A stretch of DNA of 62,134 bases, taken from contig CAYSUM010000003.1 of NCBI GenBank assembly GCA_964434225.1, positions 1 to 62,134 on the forward strand, given 5' to 3'. The DNA is from an uncultured Rhizobium sp. (GTDB lineage Bacteria; Pseudomonadota; Alphaproteobacteria; Rickettsiales; UBA1997). Positions 44,971 to 55,692 of the stretch are shown piece after piece (position 1 is the first letter of the stretch; each line of letters starts with the position of its first letter). The position numbers were made by a program, and so were the translations under genes. Below the pieces are notes generated by a model. That model was given only the letters and a program-made list of their open reading frames with translations, was not told the DNA's origin and searched no databases.

Positions 44971-45960
44971 TTAAAGCTTGACACCAACCTTCTCTAAATC
45001 AGCATCCACCATCATTTTGACCAATCCTTTGAAATCAACTTTTGGTTTCCAGCCTAGTTTTTTTCTGGCTTTACTTGAATCTCCAATCAACAAATCAACT
45101 TCTGCGGGACGGAAGTATTTCTCGCTTATTTCAACATATTTTTGCCAATCTAATCCCGCGTAACCAAACGACTCATCAAGAAACTGTTTGACAGAATAGG
45201 TTTCTCCGGTTGCCACAACGTAATCGTCAGCTTCAGGCTGTTGTAGCATTAGCCACATTGCTTCCACATAATCTCCGGCAAAACCCCAGTCACGTTTGGC
45301 GTCAAGATTTCCCAAATAAAGTTTGTCAGTTTTTTTCGCCATGATGTCGGCAAGACCGCGAGTAATTTTACGAGTAACAAAAGTTTCGCCTCTTCTTGGC
45401 GATTCGTGATTAAATAAAATTCCACTGCAGGCAAACATGTCGTAACTTTCGCGATAGTTTACCGTCAACCAATGCGAGTAAAGTTTAGCACAAGCGTAAG
45501 GGCTGCGCGGATAAAAAGGCGTGGTTTCTTTTTGAGGAATTTCCTGAACTTTTCCAAACATTTCACTGGATGAAGCTTGATAAAATTTGGTTTTGATTCG
45601 AGTGTCGCGAATGGCATCTAAAATTCTGCAAGTGCCCGTAGCATCGATGTCTGTAGTATATTCTGGCACGTCAAAACTAACTTTAACGTGGCTTTGCGCG
45701 GCTAAATTATAAATTTCGTCAGGCGCAATTTTTTCTAAAAGGCGCGCCATATTGGAAGCATCAGCCAAATCACCGTAATGCAAAAAAAACTTGATGCCAG
45801 AAATTTTCGGATCGTTATAAAGATGGTCGATGCGCCCAGTGTTGAAGCTGCTTGATCTTCTGATAATTCCGTGAACTTCATAACCCTTGCTAAGCAAAAG
45901 TTCAGCTAAATAGGATCCATCTTGACCGGTAATACCAGTGATTAGTGCTTTTTTTGTCAT
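44971..45960 (-). CDS. gmd: GDP-mannose 4,6-dehydratase
   Basis: [19 protein letters not shown] and the SDR Y-x3-K (YACAKLY) are present. I moved the start to ATG 45960. Confidence 0.95.
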   Translation of the reverse strand: MTKKALITGITGQDGSYLAELLLSKGYEVHGIIRRSSSFNTGRIDHLYNDPKISGIKFFLHYGDLADASNMARLLEKIAPDEIYNLAAQSHVKVSFDVPEYTTDIDATGTCRILDAIRDTRIKTKFYQASSSEMFGKVQEIPQKETTPFYPRSPYACAKLYSHWLTVNYRESYDMFACSGILFNHESPRRGETFVTRKITRGLADIMAKKTDKLYLGNLDAKRDWGFAGDYVEAMWLMLQQPEADDYVVATGETYSVKQFLDESFGYAGLDWQKYVEISEKYFRPAEVDLLIGDSSKARKKLGWKPKVDFKGLVKMMVDADLEKVGVKL

Positions 45961-46110
45961 TGTGAATTTTCTGGAATTTAAAACTTGAAAGAAGAACTTT
46001 TCTAAAAATAAGTTCAAACGGATGCAACAAAAAATCTTTAAAAATTTTATTGTAAAGATCGGCGATGCTTTTTACTTTGATCGTATCTTCTTTTAAAAAT
46101 TTCATAAAAA

Positions 46111-46545
46111 ATGGCTAATAAAAAATCCGCATCCGGCCTCAGTTCGCAAAGGCCAACCTCTCCTCACTTACAAATTTATCGTTGGAATGTTTCTTCTTTC
46201 ACCTCGATTTTGCATCGCCTTACTGGAGTTGCGCTGTTTTTTTCAATTCTCGCACTTTCTTGGTATATCACCTATTACACCTACCAAATCAACATCTCAG
46301 ACAATTCCGAAAGTTGCGATTGTCCTTTAAATCAGTTAATTACTTACGCATTTTTTGCCGCCGGAACTTTCATCACTTTCGCACTTTATTATCATTTCTG
46401 TAATGGCATCCGTCATTTATTTTGGGATATTGGCAAAGGTTTTGAAAAATCAACCGCCAGAAAAACTGGCCTTACCGCCATCGCTTTGGCAATTATTTTT
46501 ACTGCTCTGACTATTGGCGCGGTAGTTTACTTTAAAATGTCATAA
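46111..46545 (+). CDS. sdhC: Succinate dehydrogenase cytochrome b556 subunit
   Basis: RPTSPHLQIYRW and the haem-ligand region HRLTG are present. The gene is first in the sdhCDAB order. Confidence 0.85.
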   Translation: MANKKSASGLSSQRPTSPHLQIYRWNVSSFTSILHRLTGVALFFSILALSWYITYYTYQINISDNSESCDCPLNQLITYAFFAAGTFITFALYYHFCNGIRHLFWDIGKGFEKSTARKTGLTAIALAIIFTALTIGAVVYFKMS

Positions 46546-46547
46546 AA

Positions 46548-46907
46548 ATGAAAATTAAAATTGCCCCTTCAACCAAAACTGGCGCGCATCATTGGTTGAT
46601 GCAAAGAATTTCTGCAATCGCGCTTTTGCCTTTAATTATATGGTTCGTGCTTTCTTTTGTACAAATCGCCGAAGATCCACAAGGCTATTTACCGGTTTTC
46701 TTTGCCTATCCTCTCAACGCAGTTTTAGGAATTTTAATGATTACCACTTCACTTTATCACGGCTCTCTTGGTATGCGCGTAGTAATTGAAGATTACATTC
46801 CAAACAAAACCAAAATGCATTTTTATATAATGCTGGTGAATTTCACCGCAATTTTAACCTCAGTTGCGGCAGTTATAGCAATTATTAGACTTCATTTAAT
46901 CGGATAA
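46548..46907 (+). CDS. sdhD: Succinate dehydrogenase hydrophobic membrane anchor
   Basis: The 119-aa protein has 3 TM segments and begins HHWLMQRISA. It sits between sdhC and sdhA. Confidence 0.8.
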   Translation: MKIKIAPSTKTGAHHWLMQRISAIALLPLIIWFVLSFVQIAEDPQGYLPVFFAYPLNAVLGILMITTSLYHGSLGMRVVIEDYIPNKTKMHFYIMLVNFTAILTSVAAVIAIIRLHLIG

Positions 46908-46910
46908 CCC

Positions 46911-48710
46911 ATGTCAGAAAAAAAAATTGGAAATTATACAGTAATCGATCACGAATTTGATGTTGTAGTGGTTGGCGCTGGCGGCGCTGGACTGCGCGCA
47001 ACTTTTGGCATGGCGCAAAAAGGATTGTCAACAGCTTGCATTTCAAAAGTCTTTCCCACTCGTTCACACACAGTTGCTGCGCAAGGCGGAATTTCTGCCG
47101 CTTTAGGAAATATGGGCGAAGATGATTGGCGCTGGCATATGTATGATACCGTCAAAGGCTCTGACTGGTTGGGCGATCAAGATGCGATTGAATATATGTG
47201 TCGCGAAGCGCCAGATGCAATTATAGAGCTTGAACATTATGGCGTTCCTTTTTCTCGCACCAAAGAAGGTAAAATTTACCAACGTCCCTTCGGCGGAATG
47301 ACTAAAGAATTTGGCGAAGGTGGACCCGCGCAAAGAACTTGCGCCGCCGCTGATCGCACTGGTCACGCAATTCTGCACACGCTTTACCAGCAATCTCTTA
47401 AACATAATGCCCAATTTTTCATCGAATATTTTGCCCTTGATCTAATCATGGAAAATGGCATCTGCCGTGGCGTTACCGCTCTTTCTCTTCTTGATGGAAC
47501 TTTACACAGATTCAAAGCTCAAATCGTAGTTTTAGCAACTGGCGGTTATGGTCGCGCTTATTTCTCCGCAACATCGGCTCACACTTGCACTGGCGATGGA
47601 AACGCCATGGTTCTTCGCGCTGACTTACCTTTGCAAGATATGGAATTTGTACAATTTCATCCAACTGGAATTTATGGATCAGGCTGCTTGATCACCGAAG
47701 GAGCGCGCGGCGAAGGCGGGTATTTAGTAAACTCAGAAGGTGAGCGTTTCATGGAGCGTTACGCTCCAAGTGCTAAAGATTTAGCCAGTCGTGACGTGGT
47801 TTCTCGTGCAATAACCATGGAAATTTTAGCCGGTCGCGGCGTCGGTCCAAAAAAAGACCACATGTATTTACACTTAAACCACCTAGATCCAAAAGTTCTT
47901 CACGAAAGACTTCCAGGAATTTCCGAAACTGCCAAAATTTTTGCTGGCGTTGATGTTACAAAACAACCAATCCCAATTCTTCCAACCGTTCATTATAATA
48001 TGGGCGGCATTCCAACCAATTTTAAAGCTGAAGTTTTAACCGTAAAAAACGGCAAAACTGAAACCGTTCCAGGATTAATGGCGATCGGCGAAGCCGCTTG
48101 CGTTTCAGTTCACGGCGCTAATCGCTTAGGTTCGAATTCACTTCTTGATCTGGTGGTATTTGGCCGCGCTGCTGCAATTCGCGCAGCTGAAATTATTAAA
48201 CCAAACACCGCGCATTCTGAACTATCCTCAGAAGCTGGCGCCGAATCTTTGGCTCGTTTGGATAAAATCAGGAATGCCAACGGCAAATCTTCAACCGCCA
48301 AAATTCGTGGCGAAATGCAAAATTGTATGCAACTTCACGCAGCTGTTTTCAGAACCGAAGATTCAATGACTGTCGGCCTTGAAAAAATGAAAAATATTTT
48401 CAAAAACTTTGAAGATCTTAAAATTGAAGATCGTGGCTTGGTTTGGAACAGCGATTTGGTTGAAGCTCTTGAACTTGACAACTTAAGATCTCAAGCCTTG
48501 GTCACCATCAGCTGCGCCTTAAACCGCAAAGAAAGCCGTGGCGCTCAAGCCCGCGACGACTACAAAGATCGCGATGACGAAAATTGGATGAAACACTCAA
48601 TCATGTGGTGCGACCAAAATGGTCAAACCAAAACTGACTTCCGCGAAGTGATTTTAAAACCACTAAGCAACGATGTTCAGGCCTTTCCTCCGAAAAAACG
48701 AGTTTATTAA
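46911..48710 (+). CDS. sdhA: Succinate dehydrogenase flavoprotein subunit
   Basis: The FAD-binding motif [12 protein letters not shown] and the covalent-FAD His motif [10 protein letters not shown] are present. Confidence 0.97.
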   Translation: MSEKKIGNYTVIDHEFDVVVVGAGGAGLRATFGMAQKGLSTACISKVFPTRSHTVAAQGGISAALGNMGEDDWRWHMYDTVKGSDWLGDQDAIEYMCREAPDAIIELEHYGVPFSRTKEGKIYQRPFGGMTKEFGEGGPAQRTCAAADRTGHAILHTLYQQSLKHNAQFFIEYFALDLIMENGICRGVTALSLLDGTLHRFKAQIVVLATGGYGRAYFSATSAHTCTGDGNAMVLRADLPLQDMEFVQFHPTGIYGSGCLITEGARGEGGYLVNSEGERFMERYAPSAKDLASRDVVSRAITMEILAGRGVGPKKDHMYLHLNHLDPKVLHERLPGISETAKIFAGVDVTKQPIPILPTVHYNMGGIPTNFKAEVLTVKNGKTETVPGLMAIGEAACVSVHGANRLGSNSLLDLVVFGRAAAIRAAEIIKPNTAHSELSSEAGAESLARLDKIRNANGKSSTAKIRGEMQNCMQLHAAVFRTEDSMTVGLEKMKNIFKNFEDLKIEDRGLVWNSDLVEALELDNLRSQALVTISCALNRKESRGAQARDDYKDRDDENWMKHSIMWCDQNGQTKTDFREVILKPLSNDVQAFPPKKRVY

Positions 48711-48727
48711 AAAGAAAATCAAAACTT

Positions 48728-49525
48728 ATGGCAGAATTTACGCTCCCAAAAAATTCACAAATCGATAAAAAGGCCGGCAAAACTTTTAAAGCTAAAGAAG
48801 GCGCAAAGAATGTGCGGGTTTTTGAGGTTTATCGTTACGACCCCGAAGATGCTGAGAAAAAAAATCCTCATATCGACAAATTTGAAATCGACATGGATGA
48901 ATGTGGTCCAATGGTTTTGGATGCTTTAATTAAGATTAAATCTGAACAAGATTCTTCGGTAACTTTCCGTCGTTCTTGCCGCGAAGGAATTTGCGGCTCT
49001 TGCGCGATGAATATCGATGGAACCAATACTCTAGCTTGCACAAAGGCAATTTCAGATTGCAAAACCGAAAATGTTAAAATTTATCCGTTACCACACATGC
49101 CGGTGGTGAAAGATTTAGTACCAGACTTAACTCATTTTTACGAACAGCACAAATCAATAAAACCTTGGCTTGAAGCTGATGCCCCAGAAAATCCAAACAA
49201 AGAAAGATTACAATCGCCCGAAGATCGTGAAAAACTCGATGGTCTTTATGAATGTATTATGTGCGCTTGCTGCTCAACTTCTTGCCCAAGCTATTGGTGG
49301 AATGGCGAAAAATATTTGGGCCCTGCAGTTTTGCTTCAAGCTCAAAGATGGATTGTCGATTCACGAGATGAAGCAACCGATGAAAGATTGGACGCTTTGG
49401 AGGATCCATTCAAACTTTATCGCTGCCACACAATTATGAATTGCACCAATACCTGTCCAAAAGGCTTGAATCCAGCTAAAGCCATCGGCTCAATTAAACA
49501 GGCAATCGCAGATCGCAAGGCGTAA
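48728..49525 (+). CDS. sdhB: Succinate dehydrogenase iron-sulfur subunit
   Basis: All three Cys clusters are present: [23 protein letters not shown] and [12 protein letters not shown]. Confidence 0.97.
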   Translation: MAEFTLPKNSQIDKKAGKTFKAKEGAKNVRVFEVYRYDPEDAEKKNPHIDKFEIDMDECGPMVLDALIKIKSEQDSSVTFRRSCREGICGSCAMNIDGTNTLACTKAISDCKTENVKIYPLPHMPVVKDLVPDLTHFYEQHKSIKPWLEADAPENPNKERLQSPEDREKLDGLYECIMCACCSTSCPSYWWNGEKYLGPAVLLQAQRWIVDSRDEATDERLDALEDPFKLYRCHTIMNCTNTCPKGLNPAKAIGSIKQAIADRKA

Positions 49526-49534
49526 AAAACTCAA

Positions 49535-49585
49535 GCCGCTGAGCCTAAGTCGATTTAAAAGATCAATTTAGGCCAGCGGTTTTTT
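49535..49585 (+). terminator. Intrinsic terminator after sdhB
   Basis: A long stem (gccgctgagcctaa pairing with ttaggccagcgg, one bulge) is followed by T6 at 49580-49585. Confidence 0.7.
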
Positions 49586-49617
49586 GTTGGAATTCGTTAA
49601 TTTTTTAACCATTTGAA

Positions 49618-50424
49618 ATGAAAAATATTCTCTTCTTTGGCTGTGGAAAAATGGGTTCGATTTTAGCCAAGAATCTTATTGAAGAAAAAACCGCCCTACC
49701 CTCGCAAATAAAGGTTATAAAGCAGTCAAAAAAAAATTGCATTCCTACGCTAGAATATTTCAAAAACTCTTCCGAATTACCCCAAAATTACCAGGCTGAT
49801 TTGGTTTTTCTGGCGATTAAGCCTCAAGATTCTGAAAAAATTTTGCGCGAATTTTCTAAAAGCAGAATCTTTCATCCAAAAACGATTTTCATTTCAATTC
49901 TAGCTGGCAAAAAGATCGAATTTTTTGAAAAAATCTTCGGCGAAAAATCAAAGATCGTAAGATCTATGCCAAATTTGCCGATCCAAGATTCTCAAGGGAT
50001 TTTCACCTATTTTTACAATCATAACATTAATAAAACCGAGTCAAAAAAACTGGAAAAAATATTTCTAAAATTTGGTTCAATTTTAAAACTAACCAACGAA
50101 AATTTATTTGACGCGACAACGGCAATTTTTGCTTCTGGGCCAGCTTATATTTTTTTGCTTGAGGAAATTTTTACAGAAATTGCATTAACTTATAAGGTTA
50201 GCAAACGCGAAGCCGCTGATCTGACTCGCCAATTATTTTTTGGCACCTCCCTAATGTCACACAATTCTAATCTGAATTTTACTGAACTTCGTGAATCAGT
50301 GACTTCTAAAAATGGAATTACTGCAGCAGCTTTAGAAGTTTTACAAAAAGATTCTGCTCTTAAAAATCTTTTTAGAACCGCGATTGACTGCGCGGTTAAA
50401 CGCTCACAAGAATTATCAAAATAA
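49618..50424 (+). CDS. proC: Pyrroline-5-carboxylate reductase
   Basis: The Rossmann motif FFGCGKMGS and the C-terminal [10 protein letters not shown] motif are present. Confidence 0.85.
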   Translation: MKNILFFGCGKMGSILAKNLIEEKTALPSQIKVIKQSKKNCIPTLEYFKNSSELPQNYQADLVFLAIKPQDSEKILREFSKSRIFHPKTIFISILAGKKIEFFEKIFGEKSKIVRSMPNLPIQDSQGIFTYFYNHNINKTESKKLEKIFLKFGSILKLTNENLFDATTAIFASGPAYIFLLEEIFTEIALTYKVSKREAADLTRQLFFGTSLMSHNSNLNFTELRESVTSKNGITAAALEVLQKDSALKNLFRTAIDCAVKRSQELSK

Positions 50425-50861
50425 TGAGAGATTTAGCTGAAGTTAAAATTTATACCGATGGAGCTTGTTCTGGCAATCCAGGGCGCGGTGGATATGGCGC
50501 CGTTTTGCTTTACAAAGAACATCGTAAGGAGATTTCTGGGTTTGAATCTGACACAACAAATAATCGCATGGAATTACGCGCCGCGATCGAAGCCTTAAGA
50601 ATTTTAAAAAAATCTTCGGAAGTAAAAATTTATACTGACAGCAAATATGTGATGGATGGAATCACTAAATGGATTTTTGGCTGGAAGAAAAATGGCTGGA
50701 AATCAGCCACTAAAAAACCGATTAAAAATATTGATTTATGGCAAGATCTTGATGCGGAAGTTGCAAAACATCAAATAACTTGGATTTGGGTTCGAGGTCA
50801 TGATGGTAATTATTTTAATGAAATGGCCGACAGATTGGCAAGAGAAGCGATTCAACATTAA
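50424..50861 (+). CDS. rnhA: Ribonuclease HI
   Basis: [23 protein letters not shown] and [12 protein letters not shown] supply the catalytic D-E-D-D positions. The start shares one base with the proC stop. Confidence 0.95.
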   Translation: MRDLAEVKIYTDGACSGNPGRGGYGAVLLYKEHRKEISGFESDTTNNRMELRAAIEALRILKKSSEVKIYTDSKYVMDGITKWIFGWKKNGWKSATKKPIKNIDLWQDLDAEVAKHQITWIWVRGHDGNYFNEMADRLAREAIQH

Positions 50862-50898
50862 GCAGATATTCCGACACGAATTGGCGTTTTCCAAGGAT

Positions 50899-52278
50899 TT
50901 ATTTTTTCCCAAGCGGACTGTTTCTGTAGCCGTAACCAAAATAAACCACCAAACCCAAAATTGACCAAACTAGGAAATAAACACCATTTTCGATCAACAA
51001 ATTATAAATCAAATAACCGCAACTTAAAATTGCTAAAGGCACGGTAACAAAAATTGCCGGACATCTGAAAGAGCGTGGCAGATCAGGTTGAGAGATGCGA
51101 AGAACTAAAACCCCGATTGAAACGATTACGAAAGAAACCAAAGTTCCAAGACTGGTCATGTGACTTAAAGTTTTTAGCGGAAGGAAGCCGGAAACGAAGG
51201 CAACGATAAGCACAACTGCAGCAGTTGCAACGTGAGGTGTGCCGAATTTTTTATGCAATCTGCTGAAAGGTTCAGGAATCAAACCGTCGCGCGACATCAC
51301 AAAAAAAACTCGTGATTGACTATACATTAAAATCAATAAAACCGAAGTTATGCCAGCAATTGCACCAGTTGCAACCAAAGCCGATCCAATATTGCTGCCA
51401 TTTTCGCGAAGAGCACGAGCCAAAGGTTCGGCATTGTTTAGAGTGTCGTAGGGCACAATTCCAGTTAGAACTAGCGATACCGCAACGTAAAGTATGGCAC
51501 AAATTACTGCTGAAAGGATGATTCCAATCGGCAAATCTCTTTTGGGATTTTTGCATTCTTCGGCGGCTGTGGCCACGGCATCAAAACCAATATAGGCATA
51601 AAATACAGTTGCAGCTCCAATGAAAATGCCAGAAAGACCAAATGGCATAAAGTTAGACCAGTTTTCAATCTTAACCATTGGCGTGGCAACAATAAGAAAA
51701 AGGAAGATTACGCAAAGTTTTACCGCAACCAAAATGCGGTTTAAAGTTACGCTTTCTTTGGTGCCGCGAAATAATAAAACCCCGATAAAAAGCGAAATGC
51801 AAAAAGCAGGAAGATTTACAAATCCGCCACTATCTGGCGAGTTGGTAATAATTTCTGGAATAACTATTCCGCCAGTTTTTAAAATACCGACAACATAACC
51901 CGACCAACCAGAAGCAACACTGGCAGCGCCCACCGTGTATTCCAAAACTAAACCCCAACCAACTAACCAAGCGACGAATTCACCAAGAACTACGTAGGTA
52001 TAAGTATAAGCACTTCCCGAAACTGGAACCATGGAAGCAAGCTCGGCGTAAGCTAAACCCGCAAAGATACAAACAATAGCAGCTAAAAAATAAGAAATGG
52101 CGATTGCTGGACCAGCGTAAGTTGCGGCAGCAATTCCAGTCACAACAAAAATTCCAGTACCAATCGTACATCCAATCCCAATCATCACCAAATCAAAAGC
52201 GCCGAGGGTTTTTTTTAGAGTATTTTTTTTGGCGGTATCAAGAAGCGTCTGAATATTTTTTTTACGAGTGAAGAACAT
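50899..52278 (-). CDS. APC-superfamily amino acid permease (cationic amino acid transporter-like), copy 1
   Basis: The protein has about 12 TM segments and the motifs GIGCTIGTGIFV and SGSAYTYTY. Confidence 0.9.
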   Translation of the reverse strand: MFFTRKKNIQTLLDTAKKNTLKKTLGAFDLVMIGIGCTIGTGIFVVTGIAAATYAGPAIAISYFLAAIVCIFAGLAYAELASMVPVSGSAYTYTYVVLGEFVAWLVGWGLVLEYTVGAASVASGWSGYVVGILKTGGIVIPEIITNSPDSGGFVNLPAFCISLFIGVLLFRGTKESVTLNRILVAVKLCVIFLFLIVATPMVKIENWSNFMPFGLSGIFIGAATVFYAYIGFDAVATAAEECKNPKRDLPIGIILSAVICAILYVAVSLVLTGIVPYDTLNNAEPLARALRENGSNIGSALVATGAIAGITSVLLILMYSQSRVFFVMSRDGLIPEPFSRLHKKFGTPHVATAAVVLIVAFVSGFLPLKTLSHMTSLGTLVSFVIVSIGVLVLRISQPDLPRSFRCPAIFVTVPLAILSCGYLIYNLLIENGVYFLVWSILGLVVYFGYGYRNSPLGKK

Positions 52279-52285
52279 TTTAAAA

Positions 52286-53674
52286 TTATTTAGAGACTTT
52301 ATTCAGCGGGCTTTTTTTGTAGCCATAAAAAATATAAACCAAAATACCAATCGCAAACCAGATCGCGAAAGGAGTGCCGGTTTTTAGAAGTAAATTATAC
52401 ATTAAATAGCCACAGCTTAAAATTGCCATTGGCGCAATGATCCAAACTGACGGACATCTGAAAGGTCTTTCCAATTCTGGTCTTTTAACGCGCAAAACCA
52501 AAACACCAAAAGAGACAACAACGAAGGCAAAAAGAATACCAAGACTGCTCATATTTCCCATGGTGTGAATTGGAGTAAAACCAGAAATCACCATTACGGC
52601 GATTGTAACAAAAATACAGCCGACATAAGGTGTGCCGTATTTTTTATGAAGTTTGCAGAAAGCTTCAGGCATTAATCCATCGCGCGCCATCACGAAGAAA
52701 ACCCGAGATTGCCCATACATCAGAACCAATAAAACCGCCAACATCCCAGCAATTGCACCAGTTGCAACTAAGGCCGATCCAACATTACTGCCGTTGACAC
52801 GAAGAGCGTAGGCCATTGGTTCTGAGCTATTAAGTTCTGAATAAGGTACGATTCCAGTAAGCGCAAGAGAGACGACAACATATAGAATGGCACAAATCGC
52901 TAAACCACCAATGATTCCGATTGGCAGATCACGATTTGGATTTTTACATTCTTCCGCAGTTGTGGCCACCGCATCAAAACCAAGATAAGCGAAGAAAATT
53001 GCCGCAGCACCAGCACCAACACCACTCCAGCCAAAAGGCATGAAATCGGCATAGTTTGTCATTTTAATATGAGGAGCAGCGATTACCAAAAATAAGAAAA
53101 TCACACCAAGCTTAATTCCAACCAAAACGCGGTTAACTACAATACTTTCTTTGGTTCCGCGCGTAAGTAGAGCGCCGATAAATAATGCAACAAAAACAGC
53201 TGGAAGATTTATAATTCCACCGTCAGAAGGAACTCTGGTTAAAGCTTCTGGCAACACGATTCCGCAAGTTTTTAAAATACCAACAAAATATCCCGACCAG
53301 CCCGCTGAGACGGTTGAAGCTGCAACGGTATATTCCAAAATCAATCCCCAAGCAACCATCCAAGCAGTAAATTCGCCAAGAATTGCGTAAGAATAAGTAT
53401 AGGCACTTCCCGCAACAGGAACCATGGCGGCGAGTTCGGTATAAGCCAAAGCGGCGAACATACAGGCTAAGCCAGCCAAAGCATAAGAAATTGAGATTGC
53501 TGGACCAGCATATTGAGCGGCGGCAATTCCAGTCAAAACAAAAATTCCAGTACCAATTGTACATCCGATGCCAAAAAGAATTAGATCGATCGATCCAAGA
53601 GTTTTTTTCAAAGAATTTTTCTTGGCACCGGCAATAATACTTTCGATGCTTTTAGTTCTAAATATTGATTTCAT
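52286..53674 (-). CDS. APC-superfamily amino acid permease, tandem paralogue, copy 2
   Basis: It is collinear with copy 1 along its full length, with roughly two thirds identity judged by eye over the N-terminal 120 aa. The two genes are separated by 7 nt. Confidence 0.9.
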   Translation of the reverse strand: MKSIFRTKSIESIIAGAKKNSLKKTLGSIDLILFGIGCTIGTGIFVLTGIAAAQYAGPAISISYALAGLACMFAALAYTELAAMVPVAGSAYTYSYAILGEFTAWMVAWGLILEYTVAASTVSAGWSGYFVGILKTCGIVLPEALTRVPSDGGIINLPAVFVALFIGALLTRGTKESIVVNRVLVGIKLGVIFLFLVIAAPHIKMTNYADFMPFGWSGVGAGAAAIFFAYLGFDAVATTAEECKNPNRDLPIGIIGGLAICAILYVVVSLALTGIVPYSELNSSEPMAYALRVNGSNVGSALVATGAIAGMLAVLLVLMYGQSRVFFVMARDGLMPEAFCKLHKKYGTPYVGCIFVTIAVMVISGFTPIHTMGNMSSLGILFAFVVVSFGVLVLRVKRPELERPFRCPSVWIIAPMAILSCGYLMYNLLLKTGTPFAIWFAIGILVYIFYGYKKSPLNKVSK

Positions 53675-53741
53675 TGGTCTTTAATTGATTGAAGGTTTTT
53701 TGTCTGGGTGATTGTTGAAAAAAATAAAAAGATAAAGTTGC

Positions 53742-54794
53742 CTATTCGCTCGCTAATTGAGCTTCTTCAGCAGTTTCTTTTGAGATTAATCCCCTTTCTA
53801 ATAATTCGTTGATCGAATCTTTCATTGTGCACATTCCAGCTTTTTTACCCAATTCCATGATTGAGTTAATTTGAGGAATTTTGTCTTCACGAATCAAATT
53901 GCGAATTGAAACATTGGCCAACATAACTTCGTAAGCTCCACATCTTCCTCCACCTTCTTTTTTAAGCAATCTTTGCGAAACTACAGCTTTGATTGAAGAA
54001 GAAAGCATGCTGCGTACGACCGATTTGTCTTCGGACGGAAATACGTCGATAATTCTGTTAATAGTTTGAGCAGCAGAGCTGGTGTGAAGCGTCGCCAATA
54101 CAAGATGTCCAGTTTCAGCGGCGGTTAAAGCCAATTGGATGGTTTCAACATCTCGCAACTCGCCAACCAAAATAACGTCTGGATCTTCACGAAGTGCGCT
54201 TTTTAAGGCACCAGCAAAAGATAATGTGCTGCTGCCAACTTCGCGCTGGTTGACTAAGGATTTTTTATTTTTATGAACGAATTCCACCGGATCTTCAACG
54301 GTGATAATATGAACTTCTTGATTGGTGTTAATGTGATCAATCAAAGCTGCCAGAGTTGTTGACTTACCGCTTCCCGTCGGCCCAACAACTAAAACTAAAC
54401 CTTTGTTAAGATTGGATAAAATACGAACCGCTTCAGGAGTATGTAGGTCTGAAAGCGTTTTAATGCCATTGGGAATTTCACGAAATGCCGCCGCTGGACC
54501 GTTAATAGTGCGAAAAGCGTTAACACGGAAACGTAAATCTTCGCCAACCTGAATGGCAAAATCTAATTCCAATCTTTCTTCATAAGTTTTTCTTTGATCT
54601 TCACTCATAATCGAATGAAGCATTTCGTAAACTTGAGTTTCTGTAAGAGGAGAAGTTCCTGGAATTGGAACCATATCACCATCAATTCGCACAATCGGAA
54701 CAGAACCTGTTGAAATATGAACGTCGGAACAGCCTTGTTTCTTGGCATAAGACAGAATTTTCTCAATGGCAAATGCCAAAATCTTTTCAATCAT
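53742..54794 (-). CDS. pilT: Type IV pilus retraction (twitching motility) ATPase
   Basis: It is collinear with PilT along its full length. Motifs present: GPTGSGKSTTLAA, ITVEDPVEFVH, ALREDPDVILVGELRD, ATLHTSSAAQTI. Confidence 0.9.
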   Translation of the reverse strand: MIEKILAFAIEKILSYAKKQGCSDVHISTGSVPIVRIDGDMVPIPGTSPLTETQVYEMLHSIMSEDQRKTYEERLELDFAIQVGEDLRFRVNAFRTINGPAAAFREIPNGIKTLSDLHTPEAVRILSNLNKGLVLVVGPTGSGKSTTLAALIDHINTNQEVHIITVEDPVEFVHKNKKSLVNQREVGSSTLSFAGALKSALREDPDVILVGELRDVETIQLALTAAETGHLVLATLHTSSAAQTINRIIDVFPSEDKSVVRSMLSSSIKAVVSQRLLKKEGGGRCGAYEVMLANVSIRNLIREDKIPQINSIMELGKKAGMCTMKDSINELLERGLISKETAEEAQLASE

Positions 54795-54810
54795 TTTTAA
54801 ATCCTCGTTA

Positions 54811-55686
54811 CTATTTGTTTCTAATAAATTCTACGCGCTTCCTTATTTGATCAAGCGGAATCGACTGATCGGATCCATTACTTTTTTTAATAACTTCCAA
54901 ATAAAGAGAAAAAGCATTGTCGTAATCAGCAGTTTTGTCGTAAATCACGGCTAAATTATATTTGTAATCAAGGCGATTTGGGTCGCAAGTAACCGCTCTT
55001 TTTAGAAGATCGATCGCTTGGCTATAGTTTTTTTCCTTGTCATAAGCAATTGCTGCTTGAGCAAGAATGTAAGAAGATTTTGGGTTTTCAGCAGTGAGCC
55101 TTGAAAGCAGATAAATCGCATCTTTCGGAGATTCATCGACCAGAATCGCCAGCAAATTTCCGACAATTTCCTCTTTATTTTCGGCATCACTCTTCAACAG
55201 TTCATAGTAAACAGTTTTAGCTTGTCGATTTTGGCCTAATTTTTGATAGACAACGCCCAAAGAAAATTTTGCGTAAAGATTTTCTGGTTCAGATTTTATA
55301 ACTTGTTTGTAAAGCTCGATTGAAACTTCGTACTGACCAATCAAGGCAGCGTTATAGGCCAATTTTTCTTTTTCTCTAACGTCAGAACTGCTGACTTTGG
55401 GATCGGCAACAATAATTTGAATATCAGAATTGGAATAATCTTTATCTTTGGAATCGCCGCCATGATTGATGACTAGATTATTTTTTTTTCTGGTTTCTTT
55501 GGGCTTATAAACATTGAGTTCTTGTCGCGCACCTTTGTCAAAAAGCAGAGTTTTTTCGATTTCCTTTACAACATCCGAAGTGGCAACGTAATTCTCAGCA
55601 AGTGCTGATTTTAAAGGATTTGTTAGCGCAATCGCCACAAAAAATAACAAAATATAAGGACGATTTTTGACAGATTTTACAATCAT
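54811..55686 (-). CDS. Secreted TPR-repeat protein
   Basis: It has a signal-like N-terminus and several TPR units (for example YNAALIGQYEVSIELYKQVIKSEP and AIAYDKEKNYSQAIDLLKRAV). Confidence 0.7.
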   Translation of the reverse strand: MIVKSVKNRPYILLFFVAIALTNPLKSALAENYVATSDVVKEIEKTLLFDKGARQELNVYKPKETRKKNNLVINHGGDSKDKDYSNSDIQIIVADPKVSSSDVREKEKLAYNAALIGQYEVSIELYKQVIKSEPENLYAKFSLGVVYQKLGQNRQAKTVYYELLKSDAENKEEIVGNLLAILVDESPKDAIYLLSRLTAENPKSSYILAQAAIAYDKEKNYSQAIDLLKRAVTCDPNRLDYKYNLAVIYDKTADYDNAFSLYLEVIKKSNGSDQSIPLDQIRKRVEFIRNK

Positions 55687-55692
55687 TGAAGG

